From: a virus
Taxonomy: Duplodnaviria > Caudoviricetes
IMG/VR virus record: IMGVR_UViG_3300032232_000441
Coordinates: 1-31,753 of that record
Direction: 5' to 3' (one strand)
Length of the DNA stretch: 31,753 nucleotides
Shown here: positions 25,401 to 31,753 of the stretch, in pieces
Layout: the number at the start of each line of letters is the position of its first letter
Position numbering within the stretch: position 1 is the first letter of the stretch
Notes under the pieces: model-generated
Seen by the model: the letters and a program-made list of their open reading frames with translations, nothing else
What the model was told of the DNA's origin: nothing
Database searches by the model: none
Made by a program: the position numbers and the translations under genes

Positions 25401-26593
25401 TGAAGTTCTTTAGCTTCGCGCAATGCAGCCCTAACTTCTAGTGGAGAGCTTATCCCTTCAGCAAGCCCTTCCAGCAAAACATCCGCTGGTTTATTAATTT
25501 CTCCTTTTGCGGCCTTTTGAGCCGCAGCTTCACCACCAGTACCGCCAGCTATTTGTACGGCCAACTCTTTAGCCCAAGCCGACACCGTCGCATTACGAGC
25601 AGCAGAGCCAGTTAATTGCCCAGCCCTAATTAATTCTCTTGCGGGGCGCATAAAACGCCCAGCCAGTCCAGCCGTAAGTGCATCAAACCCACCAATAATC
25701 AACCCACGTTTGGCCCCTACTTCCTTTATCTCGGCCATTATTTTGGGGTCGCGTAGTGCCTTCTCTATAGCAACAGGGTCTAGTAAGTTCACCTTTTTTT
25801 CTTGGAGCACGTCGGCCATAGCCGAGCCATACTCAAGACCGCCAGAACCTATACCAGCAGTAGCACCTCTAGCTACGGCACCAGCAGGGCCGAGTGCCAA
25901 GGCGGGGCCCATCATTGGTATTGAGACTGCTAACGAATCCACAAGCATCGTAAAAGTAGCTCGGGGGTTTGCAGCTAGCTGGTATGCAGCATCGCCAAAA
26001 GTCTTGGCGTTACCAATATTTATCATGCCTTCTTGGATGTCATCCGAAGGCGCAGCCGCAGCGCGGTTTCTTGCAGATTGAGCTAGTAGATTAGCGGTCT
26101 GACTGGGTGTGAATGCCCCAGCCTGAAATAAAGAAGCGGTGATAGCGTCCTTCAAGCCAGCTTTGGCGCGTTTACCTACGTTAACTACACCTTCGGTGTA
26201 CGTTTTTCTAGCCGGTGTAATTTCACCGGTTATGGGCTGAGCAGGGGGTTTGATACCCGCAGGAACAGCTTGCTGTTTGAAGTATTCACTACCACGAGAC
26301 TGGCCGTGCTTAATGATATCGGGCCACGATATGCCTATTTTGGCAAACGCATCTCGGACTCCCTGCTGAGGAGCATTCTCCTCCAGCATATTTACTGCGT
26401 CGTCTAACGCCTGAAGTCTGTTTGCATACGGAACTTGTTCCGTTGCTTGAGGGGCAGGGGCAGCTACGGGTTTAGGCGCAGGGGTAGGGGCGGCGGCTTT
26501 TTTGGGGACGATTGTTTCCCAGCCGCCTGTATCTTCAACAGGCGCAACTTTACTACTAGGGACTATCGTTTCCCATTCGGAGTCTAGCGCCAT
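19406..26593 (-). CDS. giant virion/ejection (large polyvalent) protein, 2395 aa, with zincin-like peptidase motif and PLxRFG-like region
   Basis: HELLH...EFVAY, FFPLVRRGTFWV, helical hydrophobic C-terminus with FQFKMYP; last gene of the structural arm. Confidence 0.8.
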   Translation of the reverse strand: MALDSEWETIVPSSKVAPVEDTGGWETIVPKKAAAPTPAPKPVAAPAPQATEQVPYANRLQALDDAVNMLEENAPQQGVRDAFAKIGISWPDIIKHGQSRGSEYFKQQAVPAGIKPPAQPITGEITPARKTYTEGVVNVGKRAKAGLKDAITASLFQAGAFTPSQTANLLAQSARNRAAAAPSDDIQEGMINIGNAKTFGDAAYQLAANPRATFTMLVDSLAVSIPMMGPALALGPAGAVARGATAGIGSGGLEYGSAMADVLQEKKVNLLDPVAIEKALRDPKIMAEIKEVGAKRGLIIGGFDALTAGLAGRFMRPARELIRAGQLTGSAARNATVSAWAKELAVQIAGGTGGEAAAQKAAKGEINKPADVLLEGLAEGISSPLEVRAALREAKELQAGRVPGITPPAAPTKPTEPTIGEGWETIVPAGRKEPVFREEGAPPPPPPPAPKRDIEAEVARLNKMGFPMSEARRIAELVGRTPENALPPVDTWPDAAVRATLEFQLNKPEEERNEELVNLLQAEVTKRGPVSEAQKRVADVADEFIAAGVPPLEARQRAEAQIKEQDEADALAEAEAPKVETPATKPPKRRSPFKSSEDYQVDTEDNGTFSVRVARLPDGGALIIAPDEAPREFKPAFAKDKSDAELLAYSFEPLGYRGHSLVGAGEQRDTGTVVTPSGEGAGVAGVSDTGVPPGGPSGAEPSGVVPTSEDAGQPPAGEATKPAPLNQETKSQIQSGVASLDPEDRDLWAGALEAKLAKKGKLTWQDIPQELNNAVDTIAFAGLKAGIATNPEETIALIRGERPTPVEEKFDPIKFAKNLLVDAEDQQEFWGGLQNSIDTHFENLRDTMRERGITNPNVILRAEALFQKGADKLQAAAQAAEEARVTDARDMASQYVSTAFDQRNAHESLQEAIDEYRQNLADALVEQGKRDYTDVALKAFDEAVKKQSKTTPPTLRITKYEDGGFGLDWLDRGIPAVERVFETEEEARDIADKRFAGEHVADGVYTWDNATQTAVPPAPAAAEAPKKRGRPPLTEEQKAAKAASQQPAGKRGRKPLTEEQKAEKKKQNAPERATLAQIVRAVQKLTTDLKDALTPVNEDAFETDEAVAEAEDDKRAARKAAIRELLKLDANPIVRGRPIHKRIKDLLNSPGITEQEKADIKKGMELVSRVNLREETLPAAGKAISEPVDPAYSGITSGLKALFHIIRTGTAAQKAIANRLRSSIGNIRFTVVEEGDTVPDQLRSPKNALQWARSRALYIENYKTKIRSIFVRGASFGESQGANNTTVLHELLHGATNYKIALAKEYIDKGIHLESKLVKSFERLIEIMNFTGYKFNELETVDELPKEISALANYGDIFDDPREFVAYGMTDDRMQEFLKSTEGFDEDTYLFPTFVQNIRSFFGIKESEVNALSDLILAVHNLMEAPEEATPLESTSTQVSAQAKRSAEEIDDAVRKAQITVEQSRAGEEARGVKLMQLARDPKQMLEIFPAMWEGAKNAQREVMVRLPTFDFLAKWMGKEVPMLNDMHKNLQNMTGMSTKFLEGAEQIISALQKTFNAEPDQRKKVEDLVLQTTLARIDPSIVAAQERSPTLDAAYRALSPAGKEAYKLLREYYERVHDLYRLLLDDQISNLEGISDEAKAKLMATIRLAYEGEGSIRPFFPLVRRGTFWVATGAGPSRQFFMFESRRERNKFAKQLRSVNANREVRVGDDINSLRTASRDASNMLKEFFDAIDSQDLTESDVKEGLKDAVYQIYLQTMPEQTFRKMFVHRKGIAGFSTDLVRNTATTASKMATQLSRLKYAPILRNNLTAARSLLSDRPELTPIVREAQRRVESALSGREAGIADAVAGAANKLSYLWYLSSASSALIQPFSPLISGIWVLGANHGNVSGAALEIGRMMTFVNQYGIMRRNLDGTTSIKAPSLANNEKLPDDEREAVRQMTERGVQDSTYSSLVWGYARAPNVNLEGIVGTGKNLANLAIGGLMHHTERLSREALYLASYRLGKQRGLTNDEAIDQAVSDVNESLGDYNIENRPRWMQKGLGRIAFQFKMYPLQMTLLALTSLKRMMPFLNAEGKKEAATKFFGIMGASLMLAGASNMLFFSPIMGLLGWAWKQMADDDDLPDELKDKDFETWFRTVFLPETFGHISIGNVTLADIIDRGPINAISGWDIASRIGLNDLWGRDTKDMKTARESFIAFVIDKFGGPTASLGLSMIDAYEAYALGDYQKAIEKASPSALRNIAVWDKYRKEGVESSRGSELIPKEALTNGELFGQFFGFRPDRVAAAQASAFKLSGVEQRVMNERATLLKRLNIEHKNAQKTDNYDRFDALIANELPKFNGKNPENAIDEEDIYNSILKRAELRGSERAGVALTEKNARVMRDALDNLEKTLKRGE
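24418..24591 (-). CDS. putative overprinted 57-aa protein in the +1 frame of the giant gene
   Basis: AGGAG 6 nt before GTG; MIQELSLPQVEKALAWLASPIQESPPEDLVELSQAEWYLLQKMLDSLLLEKQQSPLH*. Confidence 0.55.
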   Translation of the reverse strand: MIQELSLPQVEKALAWLASPIQESPPEDLVELSQAEWYLLQKMLDSLLLEKQQSPLH

Positions 26594-26595
26594 AG

Positions 26596-28212
26596 TTATT
26601 TAACTTTAATCTTTTGTTGAACGGAGCCATCAGGCAATATTCTATAGTCGTATTTGCTTGGGTCGTAGGTTTGACCAGCGGCTTCTAGTCTAGCCTTAAT
26701 ATCACCAGCAGCGGCAGGTTTAGGAGCAGCAGGAGCGGCAGGAGCGGCGGCAGGGGCAGCGGGAGCAGTAGGTCTACTGGGGAACGTAGAAGGAAGTAGT
26801 TCTGGAGGTAACGCATCGCGTTTGTAGTCGGCGATGTAAGCTTTCTTGGCTTCATCTTCGTTTGCAAACTTAGCCGAATACTCTTTCCATTTCTTCTGGT
26901 TAAGAAGGGCAAACTTACCAAGCGCTTCAACTGCATCGCTAGTTGCTTTAACCCCAGCGCTAATACCCGAAGAGGCCAGCCCAATTTTAAGTTGACGGAT
27001 AGCCTCGGCTTTGGCTTCAACGTCAGACATATTGGGGTTCTTTGCTTTGATGTCAGCCATCAACGCTGCGACTTGATCTTGTGCGTCAGTTGTACGTGGG
27101 ATTTTACTTGCAGTAATCCTAGCCGCTGCAAGCTTAGCCCTAGCCATAGTATCTGCTGCGCCTTCTCTACCAGCAACACTAGCAGCGGCGGCAATCGATT
27201 TGCCGAGGAGGTTAGCAACGGTCGTGTTGTGAGTGTTGGCAATCTTGGCGGCTTCGACGTGGTACTTCTGCTCATCGTCAAAGCGACCTTCAGCGTGAGC
27301 GCGTCGGGCTTCGTCCAGTTTGTTGAGCACATCAGACTTAGCTTGCTGTAGCTCAAGCTCTTTCATGCGCAACCCTTGCTCTTTCTCAAGCATTTGTTGC
27401 TCTTGCTTGTTAGCTATGCTTGAGTAGCCCCCAAGGATACTGGCTAACGCACTACGTCCATACTGCCCACGACTACCAATCGCGGCCTCACCCAACTGTT
27501 GGAACAAACTAGGTTTGGACTTTTGGGCTTCTTCGCGTTGTTTAGCGTACTCGGCTGCTTGCGCTCGCTGTAGTTCAGTTAGCCTAGATTCAACATCTCC
27601 GCCGATTGGTTTAACCAACGACCCAAACAAAGCGGGGTTTTCTTTTGCCAAACGCTTACGGGCTACTTCCGGACTTTCACCCGGACTAGGCGCTTCTTTC
27701 CTTCTAAGGTTCTCCGCTTGCGCTTCTAGTTTTGCAAGTACTTCTCTGGATGGTTTTAAGTATTCGCCAGTGGTGGCTTCATCATCGTCGTCATCGTCAG
27801 TTTCTTTGGCAGCAGCCTTAACAGCGGCATCTACTCCACCAGCTTCGTTAAAGGCAATAATCCCACCCGAGCCAAACTTAGCCACGTTATCTTGGACAGG
27901 AAGGCCAGCTATACCAGCCTGCTGCGGAGGTTGTTGTGGCATCCCCTGCATTTGTTGTGGGGCTTGTTGGGGCGCAGCCATAGTCATTGCTTGCTGCTGA
28001 ACTTGCTCACTAACCGTGCCTTGGGGTTGTTGACCAGCTTGCTGTTGTTGCGCTAGCTGCTGCATCCGCTTGTTGCGGGCTTGCAGTTCCCCTAGTGCCA
28101 CGTAGGGTGGCACAGTTGGATTCATACCGTTGGCATACTGCGCCAACAGTTGAAGGGTCTGAGGAGTATTAGGTAGCTGACGAAGATCGTCTTGAATTTG
28201 AATTAAATTCAT
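26596..28212 (-). CDS. putative internal virion / DNA ejection protein (538 aa)
   Basis: Q/A-rich helical protein with P/A linker; lies directly before the giant gene. Confidence 0.7.
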   Translation of the reverse strand: MNLIQIQDDLRQLPNTPQTLQLLAQYANGMNPTVPPYVALGELQARNKRMQQLAQQQQAGQQPQGTVSEQVQQQAMTMAAPQQAPQQMQGMPQQPPQQAGIAGLPVQDNVAKFGSGGIIAFNEAGGVDAAVKAAAKETDDDDDDEATTGEYLKPSREVLAKLEAQAENLRRKEAPSPGESPEVARKRLAKENPALFGSLVKPIGGDVESRLTELQRAQAAEYAKQREEAQKSKPSLFQQLGEAAIGSRGQYGRSALASILGGYSSIANKQEQQMLEKEQGLRMKELELQQAKSDVLNKLDEARRAHAEGRFDDEQKYHVEAAKIANTHNTTVANLLGKSIAAAASVAGREGAADTMARAKLAAARITASKIPRTTDAQDQVAALMADIKAKNPNMSDVEAKAEAIRQLKIGLASSGISAGVKATSDAVEALGKFALLNQKKWKEYSAKFANEDEAKKAYIADYKRDALPPELLPSTFPSRPTAPAAPAAAPAAPAAPKPAAAGDIKARLEAAGQTYDPSKYDYRILPDGSVQQKIKVK

Positions 28213-29237
28213 TTAATACCCCCAGTCCCAGTCCCAGCCCCGGTGCCAGTAACTGTAGCCGCAGTATTGCTAGTATTGAACAGACCTTTAAACAGATCCC
28301 CAATCCCTGACGACTTAAAGATATCCGCCAAACTACCTTGCCCAGTCACACCTAGCAGCTTATCAATACCACCCAAGGAGGCGAGCAGTTGAGCAATCCC
28401 ACTCAGTTCAGATGGAGTATTAGTTACTGAAGACGTCGGCAAGCCCGTCAGCGCATCGCGTTGGAACTGCAACTGCTTGTACGGATACTCACGTTGCTTC
28501 TCAAACTCACCCTTATCCGCAGCAATCCCTTCAGCCGTAATGCCTCGCTGGGTCTCACCCATATTTGCCATCTGTTGCAACAAATCTCGATTAGCTGCAA
28601 GTCCTTTTAACCCAAAGTCAGCGCCAAACTGGGCTTCTTGAATCTTGCGCTGCTGCTCAGTATTAAACTGTTGCTGCGCTGCATCAAAGGCATTTGCGTA
28701 CCCCTGACCAACTGTCTGGTTGAGACTCCTAGCCAATTCCGCATTGGACTGAGCCTGACCAATTGCTTGCCGACCGCCACCAAAAGCACCTGAGCCAGCG
28801 AACTTAGCCCCAATTGCATTTTGAGCAATTTGATTCTGTCGGCGAAGCGCATCTAACTGTGGATTAAGGACAGCCTCTAAGTATGGGTTCATGTACTGCT
28901 GAACCTGACTTGACCCTTGCCCCCCTGCTCCGGAGCCAGCACCACCAACCGTTATATCTCCGGGCGAAGCAAACGTACCACCAACAGGTGTGTACATCCC
29001 TTGATTAGGAACACTTAGGTTACCAATACCTTGGAACGCTTTAGTTTGTAGGTCTGACGCACCAGCCGTTAGTGGGCCTTTGTACGTCTGGTATGGTGTG
29101 TTGGCTAGAGCTTGCGCTTTACCAAGGTAGTCGGTTATGTACCCCGCAGCCCAAGGAGCCAACCCTTGCGTAGAAGTTCCTCCCGCTGCTGGGAGTGATG
29201 AACCCGCCGTACCGCCAGTAGCTGCAATTGTGGTCAT
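28209..29237 (-). CDS. putative DNA transfer / ejection protein (342 aa)
   Basis: G/A/Q-rich; YMNPY, GAFGGGRQ, EYPYKQL motifs typical of podovirus pilot proteins; ATGA coupling. Confidence 0.7.
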   Translation of the reverse strand: MTTIAATGGTAGSSLPAAGGTSTQGLAPWAAGYITDYLGKAQALANTPYQTYKGPLTAGASDLQTKAFQGIGNLSVPNQGMYTPVGGTFASPGDITVGGAGSGAGGQGSSQVQQYMNPYLEAVLNPQLDALRRQNQIAQNAIGAKFAGSGAFGGGRQAIGQAQSNAELARSLNQTVGQGYANAFDAAQQQFNTEQQRKIQEAQFGADFGLKGLAANRDLLQQMANMGETQRGITAEGIAADKGEFEKQREYPYKQLQFQRDALTGLPTSSVTNTPSELSGIAQLLASLGGIDKLLGVTGQGSLADIFKSSGIGDLFKGLFNTSNTAATVTGTGAGTGTGGIK

Positions 29238-29246
29238 TATTAGTCC

Positions 29247-31364
29247 TTACGCTGGCATGTGCCGGTCGGCGTGGGAATCTTTGCCTCGACCTGCTTTTTT
29301 ACGGGCTTGGTGTACGCGCTCCATCATTTTGAGCAGCTTATCTGCACCCGCTTCGCTAGATCCATTACCTAACTCCGATACAGTTCGAGCGTCTACGACA
29401 AACTCCCCACGAGCTAGCCTAGCTGGTTGATTAGATCCAATTGTAGCTGGGATAGAGTCAGATACACCATCCCCCGCGCCCTTTAAAAACCGTCCACTTG
29501 CTGCACCAAGTCCAGCAATACCACCAGCAGCCATCCTAGGTGCGTACTGTACAGGATTGAAGTATGTAATTCCACCCTGACCCGGACGATATGTAGGGGC
29601 TTGAGTTTGCGTTGTGTATGGAGTCTGCGTTTGCGTAGCCGTCAATGCTGGAATAGTTGCCGCAGGACCCCCCGAACCACCTTTACTACTTTGGTTAGCT
29701 GCGTACAGCATTAACAACAACGGAAGAAGCGACCCTAAACCAGTTCCCTGTGGTTGATTAGACGGAGCACCCGTACCGGTTTTGGCAGGAGTAGTCGCCG
29801 CTGCTTTGGCTGGGGTTGTAGCAGTAGTTAGTTTTTGGGGAGTTCCCGCAATTGGTTTTCCGCTAGCATCAAACCCCGGACCAGTCCCTCGGTCAGTGAG
29901 CAAAGTACCGCTTCGGGTGTATTTAAGGACGTTACCAGCATCATCCCTTTCTTCCCACATTCCAGTTGTGGGGCTCCAAACAGCAAGTGGCCCAACCCCC
30001 GTAGGTCTTTCAGGCGTATCTCCATACGAAGAATCAAATCCGGAATAAAGGCCAGTATTAAAATTAGGGAGGTTAGCTACCGAGCTTGTTTCTGCTGGTA
30101 AAGTTTCCTGTTCAGCCGCACGCCGTTCAGCGTGTTGTTCAGGATCAATATCTCGGTTTGCTAGCTCTTGGTGATTAGCTGTAAAATTACTGCTATCAAA
30201 GTCTAAACTACTGATGTAGTTGCTCAGATCTGAGCTATCAAAATTATACCCGCCGAGGCCAATGTCGGAATATCCGCTGGGCAGGCTCTGTAGGTACTGT
30301 TCTACTTCGTAAAAATCATCATCCATGTTGTTTCCCCCTGCCGCGTTTGTTGCGGTTAAATCCGTGTTAGTTCCTGCCGTGTTTATGGCGCTTAAACCAG
30401 CGTCAACCGGTTGTTGCAAAGCCGAATTTGTAAAAGCACTAGTATCAAACTGAGTCGGTGCAGCACTTGTACCAGTACTGCCCAACTTACCCAAGCCGAT
30501 CATTGAGTTAAACGCACTCATTGGGTTGCCAGACATAATACCTTGACCTAAGGAGACGGCTTTACCCGCTGTACTTAGATCTTGGTTACCAGTTAGAGAA
30601 CCTACGGAGCCAAGCGCAGCCCCAATGTTGGGGTTTCCAGAAGCTAAGTTTGATGCTAACGATGCAGCATTCCCAACATCACCAAGATTAAACCCAGTAC
30701 CAGCAATAGGAGTACTACCCAAGCCACCAGCAAGATTAGAGTTGGAAGTGAGAGCATTTACCGCTCCAAGTAAGTTTCCTTGATCAACCGCGTTGTATAC
30801 GTTTAGCCCAGTGGCAGCATTCTTAAATGCATCACCCATACCACCTAAATTAGTAACACCCGCAGCACCAGCTAACGCAGTCAAACCACCTAAAACGTTT
30901 CCATGTGCAAGTGCGTCGGCACCTCTGGCGGCAAGAAAAAACGGAGAGGTAGCAGGGATGATTGACCCAATAGACATAATCGCTTGGCCGACTGGGTTGT
31001 CACGCAGAAAACCATGCGACCGAGGGCTCCACTGAGGACGGAAACTAACGTTGCCTTGGTCGTCAGCGTTTAAGTGAAAGAAAATGTTGCCTTGAGTTTT
31101 GCCGCCGTCTTTTACGTCATAGATACCCAAACGGGTAGGGTTGATTTCCTCGCCAGTAGCTTTATTAAAGTAAGCGTTTTCGGTGGTTTCTGGGACGTAA
31201 TGCGCGGCTTCGTCCGTCCCTTCAAAGTGACCTGCAACAGGAACCTGCTTTACACCAATATCCTTAATACTGGTGATCCCTTGTTTCTGAAGACCTTCAG
31301 CAATAGCTCGGTTCTGAGGCTTGTCCCCACCCAACTCAGCAAGAAGAGATTTAAGATCAGCCAT
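29247..31364 (-). CDS. putative internal virion protein (705 aa)
   Basis: G/A/L-rich segments; C-terminal GAGDGVSDSIPA...GEFVV domain. Confidence 0.7.
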   Translation of the reverse strand: MADLKSLLAELGGDKPQNRAIAEGLQKQGITSIKDIGVKQVPVAGHFEGTDEAAHYVPETTENAYFNKATGEEINPTRLGIYDVKDGGKTQGNIFFHLNADDQGNVSFRPQWSPRSHGFLRDNPVGQAIMSIGSIIPATSPFFLAARGADALAHGNVLGGLTALAGAAGVTNLGGMGDAFKNAATGLNVYNAVDQGNLLGAVNALTSNSNLAGGLGSTPIAGTGFNLGDVGNAASLASNLASGNPNIGAALGSVGSLTGNQDLSTAGKAVSLGQGIMSGNPMSAFNSMIGLGKLGSTGTSAAPTQFDTSAFTNSALQQPVDAGLSAINTAGTNTDLTATNAAGGNNMDDDFYEVEQYLQSLPSGYSDIGLGGYNFDSSDLSNYISSLDFDSSNFTANHQELANRDIDPEQHAERRAAEQETLPAETSSVANLPNFNTGLYSGFDSSYGDTPERPTGVGPLAVWSPTTGMWEERDDAGNVLKYTRSGTLLTDRGTGPGFDASGKPIAGTPQKLTTATTPAKAAATTPAKTGTGAPSNQPQGTGLGSLLPLLLMLYAANQSSKGGSGGPAATIPALTATQTQTPYTTQTQAPTYRPGQGGITYFNPVQYAPRMAAGGIAGLGAASGRFLKGAGDGVSDSIPATIGSNQPARLARGEFVVDARTVSELGNGSSEAGADKLLKMMERVHQARKKAGRGKDSHADRHMPA

Positions 31365-31367
31365 GAT

Positions 31368-31753
31368 TTATAGTGCCGATACAAATGTTAGTGTTGCCAC
31401 GTTGGACGCAGTGGATGGACGGGTTGGGCTTACTCCCGCTGCGTATGCCTGTATAGTAACTGCCGCGTTGGTTGTGGACCAGTAAAGCTGAATATAGTCG
31501 TTAGCGGCAAGAGAAACGTAAAAGTTCCACCCCACAACTGCGTGTCCGTTTACCCCGCCGTGTTTATTAATTACAGACACAAACCCAGCAGAACCAGCAA
31601 TATCCGTTCCATTCTTACGCAACCAAATGTTTAAATCGTGTTCCTGAGTGTCAGTGTTTTGGAACTGCGTACTAAACTGTAAGTTGTAAATCCCAGCATA
31701 AGTAACTTTTAGCTGACTACTTGAAACCAAAGAACAACTATTAGAGTAGTCCA
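31368..31753 (-). CDS. structural/tail-associated beta-rich protein, 5' truncated by window end
   Basis: Frame stays open to the window edge (DYSNSCSLVSS...); GIYNLQFS.Q, IWLRKNG.DI, WNFYV.L..NDYIQLYW. Confidence 0.7.
   Translation of the reverse strand, partial: DYSNSCSLVSSSQLKVTYAGIYNLQFSTQFQNTDTQEHDLNIWLRKNGTDIAGSAGFVSVINKHGGVNGHAVVGWNFYVSLAANDYIQLYWSTTNAAVTIQAYAAGVSPTRPSTASNVATLTFVSAL

Noticed and set aside
26705-26768. Imperfect GCAGGAGCG-type tandem repeat
   Set aside because: Explained by the APAAPAAAPAAP linker of the 538-aa protein
20007-28000. Many + strand ORFs of 60-170 aa opposite the virion genes, and minus-strand ORFs opposite the early genes
   Set aside because: Antisense shadows of long genes: S/R/A-rich translations with no RBS or motifs
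31377-31392. CGATACAAATGTTAGT as a twelfth palindrome copy
   Set aside because: Only the right arm and centre match and the symmetry is lost; isolated half-sites such as those near 1929 and 15128 were rejected for the same reason

Overview
The window is a contiguous piece of a tailed dsDNA bacteriophage genome, probably podovirus-like, with two converging arms. The + strand (1-19322) starts with an early block of hypothetical genes plus a MoxR/CbbQ-type AAA ATPase, a metallopeptidase-vWA protein and a DUF3150-like protein. A replication block follows: VRR-NUC nuclease, family A DNA polymerase, small Zn-finger ORFs, PD-(D/E)XK nuclease, HNH-like protein, SNF2 helicase, SSB-like protein, HTH protein and DUF927-type primase-helicase. 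The - strand (19406-31753) carries virion/ejection genes, including a 2395-aa polyvalent protein. Three unexplained signals stand out. (1) A 16-bp palindrome, CCTAACA-WW-TGTTAGG, occurs 11 times (9 exact cores) in the first 8.7 kb and was not seen in the remaining 23 kb; copies sit inside genes and on start codons, stop codons and RBSs. (2) A 57-aa gene with its own RBS appears to be overprinted inside the giant virion gene. (3) A possible small RNA carrying an anti-Shine-Dalgarno seed lies where the two arms converge. No tRNA, rRNA, CRISPR array or integrase was recognised. All family calls come from motifs read by eye, not from database searches.
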